This document shows, in pieces, positions 28,412-36,839 of a DNA stretch of 64,000 bases. Location: positions 1,344,001 through 1,408,000 of the forward strand of contig CP186953.1 in the NCBI GenBank assembly GCA_049570475.1, read 5' to 3'. Made by a program: the position numbers and the translations under genes. Every line of letters begins with the position of its first letter. Positions within the stretch are counted from its first letter, which is position 1. The notes beneath the pieces were generated by a model. That model was not told where the DNA came from. It ran no database searches and saw only the letters and a list, made by a program, of their open reading frames with translations. Origin of the DNA: Candidatus Methanosuratincola verstraetei. GTDB lineage: Archaea > Thermoproteota > Methanomethylicia > Methanomethylicales > Methanomethylicaceae.

Positions 28412-29338
28412 TTAGATCACCCTGACTCTTGATGACACACCAGCGGCCCTCATCTTCGAGACAAACCTCTCTACGTCCTCGACCCCCAGGCCGCTCCTCT
28501 TCAGCGCCCCAGATCTTATCCTCACCTCGAAAGAGGCTGGGGCATGCCCTTCCCATTCAAACCTGATCGTCAGATACGGGATCCCCTTGGTGAACGTGTG
28601 CTCGTCGAACTTTGCAGAATCGAAGACACCAAGCAGCCCGCTCAGGGACTCGCTGTACTTCCATACGGATCCCTCCCTGAGGAGCCTGGGGAACCCCTTG
28701 ATCTCGACCCTGCCCGTCACATCCTCCCCGTTGAGCTCCGACCTGCCCTTTGAAAGCACTAATTCCTGACCGCCAACCAAGGTTCCTTTGAAGGTCACAA
28801 CCTCTCCTGTCTTCAGGTTTGTCAGCGTCGGGTCCTTGACCTCCCCGCCCTCCTCAATCGAGATGCTTATCCTCGGATCCACGTCCTCAACGGTCCTGCT
28901 GCTGATCGTCCAGGTCTCGCCTGCCATGACCTTCACCTCCTCTGAGAGTGAAAGGAGCGGGTTTTCCACGATCTCGACGTCTCCTTCTGTAGAAGTTCCA
29001 ATCAGACCCATGACTGATTCGAGTATGGCCCTGACTGTGCCTCCCCCTCGGTAGTCGCTCACTGCCCTGCGGATCCTCGACCTGTACTTTTCGTCGCCCT
29101 CCCCTTGCATTCTCTTTGATGCAACGGCTGCACCAAGGAGGTCCAGGTCTTGTCCCCTGGCGGAGTCCACCCAGTGCGACCTCATTATTTCGGCTATCTG
29201 GTCATCAGCGTCGTCGATCTGGGATGCGAAGGAGGAGATAAAAGCGTAGACAAGCGAGCCCCTATCCCACCCCTTGTAGAACTTGGGGAGCCTGTCGCAC
29301 ATCTTTTCTGCTCTACTCATACTTCTCACGCACCCCAA
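28412..29338 (-). CDS. Baseplate wedge protein (P2 gpI-like N-terminus, distal-tail-like beta domain)
   Basis: VDSARGQDLDLLG...GEGDEKYRSRI...GGGTVRAI, then DPTLTNLKTGE. Downstream of baseplate J. Confidence 0.7.
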   Translation of the reverse strand: MGCVRSMSRAEKMCDRLPKFYKGWDRGSLVYAFISSFASQIDDADDQIAEIMRSHWVDSARGQDLDLLGAAVASKRMQGEGDEKYRSRIRRAVSDYRGGGTVRAILESVMGLIGTSTEGDVEIVENPLLSLSEEVKVMAGETWTISSRTVEDVDPRISISIEEGGEVKDPTLTNLKTGEVVTFKGTLVGGQELVLSKGRSELNGEDVTGRVEIKGFPRLLREGSVWKYSESLSGLLGVFDSAKFDEHTFTKGIPYLTIRFEWEGHAPASFEVRIRSGALKRSGLGVEDVERFVSKMRAAGVSSRVRVI

Positions 29339-30890
29339 ATGTGACGCTCACATTCCTCGGGATTGCCCTCTCGTCCGTTTCGATCCTGATGTTCTCGCCC
29401 CGGCTGAGCAGGGGCTCGCCTGTCCTATATGCCGCAAGCTTAAGGTCTCTCACGTCCCAGACGCCGTCCACCGCCAGGCACGATGCTATAATTTTGGAAT
29501 ACAGTACGTCCTCGGCGATCTTCAGAGATGATATGTAGCCCCTGACTGATGCCTCCACGTCCCTGATGACCTTTCCAGGATCTGTTGGCGCCTCAATTAT
29601 GGCCGTCATTGAAACATCGATGTGCACTACTTTGGGCCTCAGGAATTCCACCTTTATGCCCGCAGCCCTGGTCTCGTCTATGACCTTCCTTATCTCTGCC
29701 TCGTCGCCACCATCCACAACGACCCTGACTATGCCTGGGACCCCTCCTGGCATCTCATCGATGAGTATGGAGTTGACGCCCTTGACCGACTTCAGGGCGG
29801 AATCTAGCGATGAAGGCGTAGCCTTGGCTGCGAACTCCAGCGCATGCCTTGCCCTCTCCCTGAGCTCTTCATCTGTCTCTGCCTCAGATCCGTTGGAGAT
29901 GTCCCCCTTGTTTATCACATATTCTACGCCGATAACCGGCTGCGGCATTATTGTTATTGCACCTGCGGGGACGTTGCCCTTCTTTCCGGGGACTGTGCAG
30001 ACGACCGGCACGTCACACTCCCATCTCCCCCCTTCGGCAGGTTGCAGCACCCCTTCTTCAGTCGTCAGGAACACCTTTGCATCTTCAGGTGATGTGGCGA
30101 ATGTGGAAACCTTCGTGTTCTTTGGGATCTTTATCTGCTGGAATGCCGTATAGTCGATCTTGAAGACTGTGCGGGGGTCCGGCTTTCTCCCTCCTGGGAG
30201 CCATGCCAGCCTCCTTCCTGACAAACTGTAGTCAGACGTCGTAAAGACCGTGGCCTGCCCGCCAGATATGCCCTCGACTTTGGTTATCTCCTTGACCAGA
30301 GCGTTCTTCAATTCGTAGCTTTCCGAACCGTCGTAAAGATGGACCTCCCCAGACACCTCGATCTTCTCTGGCTCGCTTGTCCTCCCGAATGTTACCCTCC
30401 CTGAAGAAGGCCTCGGCGCCCTCCTCGTAATCCCTAGGAGCGAGACCGTCATCTCCAGGGCCTCGCCTGTTGCAGTCTCTAGGAAACCAGCCCGGTATGC
30501 GGCATCGAGCTGCTCGTAAAGGAACTCGATCTCCCTGCTAATCCCCTCGACTAGAGTCCTGAGCACGCTCCCAGCGCTGGTGTCAGTAAGCCCGCCGGGC
30601 CTGGCATACCTGTATGTTACCGTGAATTTGGTTCCTTCGTCCGGTCTTGCCCCGCCTGCAATCCACTCGACTGAGTTGCCTGAGAGCCTGTAGTCCTTCG
30701 CGCTGGAGAACTCCGCCATTTTCCTCTTGGACATGCCCGTGATTTTGATGATTTTAGTGACGGGGGCGTTCGCAAGCCGATAAGCCCCCCTGCTTCCTTC
30801 GAACTCGAATTCTTCGGACGCCTCTAAGCCCGTTATGCGTGCCAAGACATCTTCTGTTATCTGATCGTAGCTCTTAGCCTTGAATGGCAT
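29313..30890 (-). CDS. Baseplate J/gp47-family wedge protein
   Basis: KSYDQI, GSVLRTLVE, FLETATGEALE, G..GNVPAGAI and GSEAETDEELRERA. Confidence 0.92.
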   Translation of the reverse strand: MPFKAKSYDQITEDVLARITGLEASEEFEFEGSRGAYRLANAPVTKIIKITGMSKRKMAEFSSAKDYRLSGNSVEWIAGGARPDEGTKFTVTYRYARPGGLTDTSAGSVLRTLVEGISREIEFLYEQLDAAYRAGFLETATGEALEMTVSLLGITRRAPRPSSGRVTFGRTSEPEKIEVSGEVHLYDGSESYELKNALVKEITKVEGISGGQATVFTTSDYSLSGRRLAWLPGGRKPDPRTVFKIDYTAFQQIKIPKNTKVSTFATSPEDAKVFLTTEEGVLQPAEGGRWECDVPVVCTVPGKKGNVPAGAITIMPQPVIGVEYVINKGDISNGSEAETDEELRERARHALEFAAKATPSSLDSALKSVKGVNSILIDEMPGGVPGIVRVVVDGGDEAEIRKVIDETRAAGIKVEFLRPKVVHIDVSMTAIIEAPTDPGKVIRDVEASVRGYISSLKIAEDVLYSKIIASCLAVDGVWDVRDLKLAAYRTGEPLLSRGENIRIETDERAIPRNVSVTFGVREKYE

Positions 30891-30891
30891 A

Positions 30892-31311
30892 CTATGCCAC
30901 CTCCAAGTGGAACGGATACCTTATGCTCAATGTTCCCCCTCCTGATTCTGGAATAACCGTGATCTCTATTGTGACCAACCCGGGGTCGTCCCTGTCCGGG
31001 ATTGCTGTGACCGAGACCAGCTCCTGGATCCTCCTCTCCCCGGCAAGGCTCGACGCCACCGCCCTGTGGATGAGGCTCATTGACCTCTCGTTCCTGGGCT
31101 GCCCCAAGACCTCGCTGAGCCTCGAGCCGTAGCCTCTGTGCCCTAAGTCCTCCATCTCCCCAACTGTTGTCGAGAGCCTGCAGATTATGGCCTGAGCCAG
31201 GTTGTCAATACCCTCGACTGTTGCCAGGTCGCCAGACTTGTCAACTGCCAAGTCTGCACCGGTGCTGTCTATCCTTAACCTAAGATCCCTGCCCAATCTC
31301 TCATTGCTCAA
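30892..31311 (-). CDS. Baseplate gp25/GPW-family sheath-initiation protein
   Basis: GDLATVEGIDNLAQAIICRLSTTVGE...HRGYGSRL...ERRI. Confidence 0.88.
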   Translation of the reverse strand: MSNERLGRDLRLRIDSTGADLAVDKSGDLATVEGIDNLAQAIICRLSTTVGEMEDLGHRGYGSRLSEVLGQPRNERSMSLIHRAVASSLAGERRIQELVSVTAIPDRDDPGLVTIEITVIPESGGGTLSIRYPFHLEVA

Positions 31312-31327
31312 AGCGTCCCTCTCCCAA

Positions 31328-32095
31328 TCAGTTTATGTTGACGATGCCGCCCTTGATCTTGACCGTGGCCGCCCCCTCAACACTGGCCTGAACTCCAGCA
31401 CTCAGCTCTGCGTTGTTCGAGGCAGTGTTTTTCAGGTTGTTTCCGGCTGTGACATTGACATCTTTCCCGCCGTCCACATTGACGTTATTGCCTGATGATA
31501 TGCTTAGATCTTTCTGGGTGGTTATCCTAAGGTTTGACGCGGAGATTGAGATGTCCCCATCGGCCTCGATTGCCGTATCGCGCTTGGACTTGACCTTAAC
31601 GTCGCCGCTCGCCTCAATTGTGACGTCCCCACCCCTCTGTATCGTGACCTTCGTCGCACCCGCGGTCACCGTCACCTCTGCGTCCTTGAGGCATACTTTC
31701 ATGCCTCCTGGGAGCTGGATGTAGACTCTCCTCAACTCCTTGTCTTCCTCAAAGGGCGCAGCATAGACTAGCTCCCCTGTCTTGCTGACGGGCGGGCGGT
31801 CTTTTTCGTTGTAAATGCGCCCTATCACTATCGGGAAGTTCACATCGCCCCCGACGAAGTCTATTAGCACAAGATCGCCGACCGAGGGTGGCACAACCAG
31901 CCCGTATGCAGCGGTTGCGATCTGGACCCCCCTGAGCTCCAGCTCGCTGTTCTTTAGCCTGACATTGCACTCATAGTTGTCCTTGTCCCCCTCACTTGAA
32001 TGAGGGAATACGGATGTGACTATCCCCAGCTCAGGCGTCCTGAGCTTGCTTATCTCCTTCCTTGCCACGTCTTTCATAGCCTTGACTATGCTCAT
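31328..32095 (-). CDS. Spike protein (gpV/gp5 OB-fold plus beta-helix; VgrG C-half)
   Basis: LGIVTSV...PPSVGDLVLIDFVGGDVNFPIVIGRIY followed by 8-residue beta-helical repeats ending KIKGGIVNIN. Confidence 0.9.
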   Translation of the reverse strand: MSIVKAMKDVARKEISKLRTPELGIVTSVFPHSSEGDKDNYECNVRLKNSELELRGVQIATAAYGLVVPPSVGDLVLIDFVGGDVNFPIVIGRIYNEKDRPPVSKTGELVYAAPFEEDKELRRVYIQLPGGMKVCLKDAEVTVTAGATKVTIQRGGDVTIEASGDVKVKSKRDTAIEADGDISISASNLRITTQKDLSISSGNNVNVDGGKDVNVTAGNNLKNTASNNAELSAGVQASVEGAATVKIKGGIVNIN

Positions 32096-33054
32096 TCCAA
32101 CTTCCTCCTGCAGGTAAAAGTGCTGGTGAAGCCCCTTGAAACGCTGAGGCTGTGCTCAACCCTCGTGACCTCATGCGAACCCTCGATCTCACGGTCGTCA
32201 AAGCCCTCGAGTGTTATGGTGTCCCCAACCCTTATGCCCGGCTTCCCCTCCGACTTCAAGTTAAGCATCAAAGTGTATTTCGATGCCTCGAGCAGAGCCT
32301 CTCCTGCCTTTTCTGCACTTTCGCTGCTCTTGAGCGACGCCTCTGCCATAGCCAGCGCCCTCTCACCGCCCTTCGTGAACTTGACCTCCTCTTTTGCAGC
32401 CCAGTGGTAGGTATCTGCCCCCTTAGAGCCGACAGGGCTCTCCCCGAAGACCGCCACACCGTCGTATGGAGGCCCCTTCCTGATTGCCCAGACCTCCAGG
32501 AGATCCTTCCCGTACGAGAGCCTGTGCTCCTTTCCCCCTCCAGCCCTCCTGAATATGAGCTTCCCGTCCTTGTCAAAAAAGGCGTCCGCGCCGCAAATCT
32601 TGCCCAGCCTGACAATGTGCTCGAGCAGGTTCGAGCGATCATCGATGGCGTAGTACGGGTAATTGATCCCATTCTCGAACTCCTCCACGTCAACGCCCGC
32701 CTCTTGCGCGAGGGCAACCACGATCTCTCCTGAGGTGCGGCTCATGAAAACCATGTTTGACCTCTTCCTGAGCAGCTTCGAACCGATCCCGTCGATCGAG
32801 ATCAACACAGAATTGAGCCTCACCTCTGCCCTTGCAAGATTCCCGACCATGATCTTCTCCAACGACCCGTCATAACCGAGCTTGAGCTCCGCCTCTTCCA
32901 AGGGCTTGAATCTGTACGATGATTCCTTGCTTATGACCGCAGTTATCCCGTCCACGGGGAGCCCCATCCCGCAGGTTGACATGATGAAGCTTACGCCGTC
33001 ACCCGTGCTGAACACCTTGTCCCCTATCCTCAACTCGAATTCAGGGTGCTTCAT
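32092..33054 (-). CDS. Baseplate hub (gp27/P2 gpD-like; VgrG N-half)
   Basis: LKLGYDG, TSGEIVVALAQEAG, FFDKDGKLIF, PGIRVGDTI and VTRVEHSLS..GFTS. Confidence 0.85.
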   Translation of the reverse strand: MKHPEFELRIGDKVFSTGDGVSFIMSTCGMGLPVDGITAVISKESSYRFKPLEEAELKLGYDGSLEKIMVGNLARAEVRLNSVLISIDGIGSKLLRKRSNMVFMSRTSGEIVVALAQEAGVDVEEFENGINYPYYAIDDRSNLLEHIVRLGKICGADAFFDKDGKLIFRRAGGGKEHRLSYGKDLLEVWAIRKGPPYDGVAVFGESPVGSKGADTYHWAAKEEVKFTKGGERALAMAEASLKSSESAEKAGEALLEASKYTLMLNLKSEGKPGIRVGDTITLEGFDDREIEGSHEVTRVEHSLSVSRGFTSTFTCRRKLE

Positions 33055-33080
33055 CGAACTCCCGCCATATGTTGATCATC

Positions 33081-34088
33081 CTACTTGCCCTTCTCAGAGG
33101 CTTTTTTCGGTCCCTCTCTAGGGGCGTCCTGGGAAACTGGATCGAAGAGCCCGCCCTTGATCCCGCCATCCTCGGCAGCTGCGGCATCGCCTTCCTTGCC
33201 CTCAGCGTACTTCTCTTCACTCTTCGCTGGTCTGGACTTCTCTGCTCCTTTTTCCTCATCCAGCCCTCCTCCCTCCGAGGCGCCTCCCTCATCCTTGGTC
33301 TCGCCCGATTCCTTTTCCTTCCCCCGTCCCTTTTCCTCCTCTTTTTCTCCTGGCCCTTTGCCCCCCTCCCCTTTCATCGCTCCCTCCTTGTCCTGATCAG
33401 CCTTCCTGCCGCCCTCTTTCTCGCTCTTTATTCCTGCTTCCCCCTCACCCTTCGGCGTCCCTTCGGCGGCCCCCTTATCCAGCTCTCCTTTCCCTTCCGG
33501 AGCCCCTTCCTTTTCCTTGGGCTTCTCCGCTTTTCCCTCCTCCTTTCCCTCCCCCTTCTCCTCCCCTTTGCCCTCTTCCTTGCCGCCTTCTTTCTCCTTC
33601 GTGATCTCCTTCGTCTTCTCCTCTACTTCCTTTTCCGCTTCCCCCTTCTGGCTCGGTGCACCTTTCTCACCTGCACCTTCCTCTGGGGGCGGCTTCGCCT
33701 CCCTTAGAAGCATCGTATAGCTGATCTCCAATGGAATCCCGTCGTGGACCCCCACCGAGAACCCCTCGAATATGACCGTTGTGATGTCCTCGATGGCCCA
33801 GATGTCAGAGGAGAACGGGATTAGATCGCCTGAGTTGAACTTGGTCCTGATCGTCTTCAGCGTATCAAAGGCTGCCTTGCCAATCAGCCTCCCCTCTAGC
33901 CTCACACGCCGGGGATCCCTCCCCATGTCTTGGAAGATGTTCGATTGAGATCCAGGCACTGGGAGCTCGACCACCTTTCTCCTTGCCGAGACCTGGACCT
34001 CGTGGACGCTCCTTATCTCGACGGTGGCGCCCTCCTCGTCAACGCGCTTTATCAGGTCAATGTCGTCAAGCTTGATATACATGCTCAT
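33081..34088 (-). CDS. Tube-initiator-like protein (P2 gpU/Mu DNA-circularization-N-like) with ~200-aa E/K/G-rich disordered tail
   Basis: RRKVVELPVPG...QDMGRDPRRVRLEG...YTMLLRE. Lies between tape measure and hub. Confidence 0.7.
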   Translation of the reverse strand: MSMYIKLDDIDLIKRVDEEGATVEIRSVHEVQVSARRKVVELPVPGSQSNIFQDMGRDPRRVRLEGRLIGKAAFDTLKTIRTKFNSGDLIPFSSDIWAIEDITTVIFEGFSVGVHDGIPLEISYTMLLREAKPPPEEGAGEKGAPSQKGEAEKEVEEKTKEITKEKEGGKEEGKGEEKGEGKEEGKAEKPKEKEGAPEGKGELDKGAAEGTPKGEGEAGIKSEKEGGRKADQDKEGAMKGEGGKGPGEKEEEKGRGKEKESGETKDEGGASEGGGLDEEKGAEKSRPAKSEEKYAEGKEGDAAAAEDGGIKGGLFDPVSQDAPREGPKKASEKGK

Positions 34089-35818
34089 CCCTCGCCGTAG
34101 TGCCTCCGCATCTCATCCTCGATTATCCTCGAGATCTTCCTCTGCAGCTCCAAGAGGTCCTCGTCGCCCTCGACTGTGACGTTGACTCTCAATTCCCTTT
34201 GCATCGGGTATACTTGGGGCTCCTCGAGCTCCGCCGGAACCGGGAGCCTCTCCGCCGCTGCCTCGTGCCCCCCATCAATGCCTGATCTCGCCTCTTCACC
34301 ATGGGGGATGGCCAACTGCGGAGCGATTATGCTGGACCTGACCTCCTCAGCCATGGCAGCCAGGTTAAGCGCAGCAAGAGGCACCCGCTTCCATTGGCCT
34401 AGCAACCCGCTCCCAAGCAAGGGGCTAACGGAAGTCACTCCCGCGGTTGCAACCTGTCCGTCAGCAACCTGCCTGCTGGGAACCGCTTGGGCTGTAGGGG
34501 GCAGCATTCTTTTCCTGCCGGGCAGCCCGAGTGCCATTGTTGGTACCGAAAGCGCAAATAGCGCTGGGGAAACTGCCCCGAATATGGGCTTCCAGATGCC
34601 TGCCGCCTTGCGGAACTCCGTCCTCCCAATCGCGGCAGCAAGAGGCAGAAATGCCGCCCCCCCTGACCCGGTCCCATGCTGGAACTTGAACCCTTCCAAT
34701 CCGTGCCCTATTGGCGCGCCTTCCGCCTCTGGGTATCTCGCTGGTGCCATCCCGCCTGCTTCAGGCGGCACCATCCCTCTACCAATGATCTCTGTGGTTC
34801 CAGTCAGTGTCGGAGCTCGAGGAAGCTGCTTCTTGGTCAACTCAACCACTGCCGGCATCCTGATGCCCGTTCCCGTGGTCGCTGCCCCTTCCGCAATGCT
34901 TGCCATGCCCCCCCTTGATTCGCCCATCGGCAGGGGACCCGGGAGCCCGGTTCCGGGAGGTGAATGGACGCCTGCTGGCAGGGAGGGGGCTCTTGCTGGC
35001 TCCGAAGTGCCGGCTAGTGCGCCGCCGGCTGCCTTCCATTCGAGAGGCAGGGCTCGTGGTGCCCATCCGCGGAACGCGCTCCCTGCGGCGCCTGAGAGCG
35101 CAGCTTTTGCCTGTGCGCCGAGCACCGCCGCGGTTGCCATGAAGCTGGATGAAAGAGCCACACCGCTGAGACCTGGGATCTGGTGAACCTTCCTCCCAAC
35201 ACCCTTTCCGGCTTCCTTTTCGGGCATGGTTATGCCTGCGGCTCGAGCAGACTCTTCCCCGATCACTGTCCGTGCTGACGGGGCTGGCATGTAAGCGCCC
35301 CCGCTTTCCTCCTCCCCGGGCTCCGATCCCTCCCCCTCAACCGCCGTGGGAATTACGGATGTTTCACCCTGGTGTGGCGCAAAAGCGGGGGGCATGTGCT
35401 TGGAGATCGCGCCGGAGTACGCACCAGCGGCCTTTGCGACGCCCACTGCGGCTGAGAGGCTCAGGATCACTGTGAGCGGCGCCGTTCCCCGCCTCGGGGA
35501 TGGCACTCTCCCCTTTTTTGGTGCTGTTGCACCAGATCCTGCTATGGATCCGCCCTTTTGACGAGACCAAAGCAAACCGCCAGCATAGGGCGCATAGACC
35601 CTCGCAATCGTCGCACCTCCAGTGGCCGCCACCCTGACTGCCTCCTGGACCTTGGAGAACGATAAAAGGAGCGACCTGAGGCTCCTGATCGCGGCCCTCA
35701 GCGCCCTGGAGGATGCCCATGCCCCAGTCACTATGAGGTGCGCACTGAGAGCGCCACCTCCTGTGCCTGCGTGCTCTGGCATTAGTCTCCTGCCCAAAAG
35801 ATCCCAGATTGTAACCAT
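34085..35818 (-). CDS. Putative tape-measure-like protein (A/G/P-rich)
   Basis: Position after the chaperone genes, low complexity, C-terminal VNVTVEGDEDLLELQRKISRIIEDE. Confidence 0.55.
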   Translation of the reverse strand: MVTIWDLLGRRLMPEHAGTGGGALSAHLIVTGAWASSRALRAAIRSLRSLLLSFSKVQEAVRVAATGGATIARVYAPYAGGLLWSRQKGGSIAGSGATAPKKGRVPSPRRGTAPLTVILSLSAAVGVAKAAGAYSGAISKHMPPAFAPHQGETSVIPTAVEGEGSEPGEEESGGAYMPAPSARTVIGEESARAAGITMPEKEAGKGVGRKVHQIPGLSGVALSSSFMATAAVLGAQAKAALSGAAGSAFRGWAPRALPLEWKAAGGALAGTSEPARAPSLPAGVHSPPGTGLPGPLPMGESRGGMASIAEGAATTGTGIRMPAVVELTKKQLPRAPTLTGTTEIIGRGMVPPEAGGMAPARYPEAEGAPIGHGLEGFKFQHGTGSGGAAFLPLAAAIGRTEFRKAAGIWKPIFGAVSPALFALSVPTMALGLPGRKRMLPPTAQAVPSRQVADGQVATAGVTSVSPLLGSGLLGQWKRVPLAALNLAAMAEEVRSSIIAPQLAIPHGEEARSGIDGGHEAAAERLPVPAELEEPQVYPMQRELRVNVTVEGDEDLLELQRKISRIIEDEMRRHYGEG

Positions 35819-35849
35819 GATCTCCGATCCACTCTTTTTTATGGACCCC

Positions 35850-36080
35850 CTAGTCCTCTACCACTTCGATCCGGGTGATCCCCTCTGCAGCCAGCCTTGC
35901 AGACTCTGCAACCCTCTGCCTGTGCGCCATTGCAGCTGTCAAGAAGAGTATCTGGTCCCTGGTCAGGTCGCCTGGCCTATCAGCAAGCTTGTAACCGCAG
36001 TCTAGGCAGAGGGCAGCGAGCTCCAGCCCCTCCGGGCTCCTAACGAACTCGTCCATCATCTTTTTTTTTAGGGGCCTCAA
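35850..36080 (-). CDS. Putative tail assembly chaperone extension (gpT-like)
   Basis: Small ORF overlapping the upstream chaperone across an A9 run. PGDLTRDQILFL motif. Confidence 0.6.
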   Translation of the reverse strand: MRPLKKKMMDEFVRSPEGLELAALCLDCGYKLADRPGDLTRDQILFLTAAMAHRQRVAESARLAAEGITRIEVVED

Positions 36081-36423
36081 CGCCTGCCACGCCGCTCATC
36101 TCGAGGATCTTCATTCCAATGTACTCCGGAACCCCGAATTTCATCGATCCTACCTCTTCGACCGTCAGCTTGGGTTCGACCATCCCCATCGACACGACCA
36201 GCCTGAGCGCCTCGAAGTTCTTGGAGAGATCCACCTTTGAGAAGTCAGGAGTCCCGTCTTCCTTGAGGCTCACCGCGCCCACCGTGGCAAAGACCTTGGT
36301 CAATTCGCCGTCGGTCAGGGGGCGGATCACCACGTCCGCCCCGTACTCTCTGACGTGCACCGTTGCCCTGGCATTCGCCCCCTCGAGTATGGCCTGCTTC
36401 GTCAGGCGTGGGCTCTCAGCCAA
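36040..36423 (-). CDS. Tail assembly chaperone (gpG-like)
   Basis: LTKQAILEG...VREYGADVVIRPLTDGE...VEPKLT...ILEMSG. Directly downstream of the tube gene. Confidence 0.72.
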   Translation of the reverse strand: MAESPRLTKQAILEGANARATVHVREYGADVVIRPLTDGELTKVFATVGAVSLKEDGTPDFSKVDLSKNFEALRLVVSMGMVEPKLTVEEVGSMKFGVPEYIGMKILEMSGVAGVEAPKKKDDGRVR

Positions 36424-36426
36424 CTA

Positions 36427-36825
36427 TCACTCCTCCCTGAGCCTCGTCGCCGTCCAAGTGTAGTCGGTTACCCCTACGCCATTTGCGTCCATCGCAAAGC
36501 TCTTGCCCTCGAGGTAGCAGTCGTCGAAGATCAGCTTCTTCACAGTGCTTCCCCACTTCTTCAGCTCAACGACGAGCTGGAACGAGTTCTTCTCAGTCAC
36601 GCTGCTGAGTAGCTTCTTGTCGAACGGAGGGTAGGTGGACCTGACCCGCATCGACCCGGAGATGAACATTGGGCCATAGTCGACGCCTATCCTCTCGTCG
36701 ACCCCGATGTGGTGTATGTTCTGTCGGTTCCTGACTATCTTGTACTCTATCGACATCAGCCCGGGTATCGTCTTCCCGTCAACCGTGATGCTGCTCACAT
36801 TCGCTGATATTATTGACTCTGACAC
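36427..36825 (-). CDS. Tail tube protein
   Basis: 132-aa beta-rich protein right after the sheath, with ISGSM, LIFDDCYL and DANG..TDYTWTA. Confidence 0.78.
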   Translation of the reverse strand: MSESIISANVSSITVDGKTIPGLMSIEYKIVRNRQNIHHIGVDERIGVDYGPMFISGSMRVRSTYPPFDKKLLSSVTEKNSFQLVVELKKWGSTVKKLIFDDCYLEGKSFAMDANGVGVTDYTWTATRLREE

Positions 36826-36839
36826 TGCGCTTCACCCCC

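Noticed and set aside
33069-33720. Plus-strand Phe/Leu/Ser/Pro-rich ORFs resembling membrane proteins
   Set aside because: Antisense shadows of the purine-rich low-complexity tail of 33081..34088.
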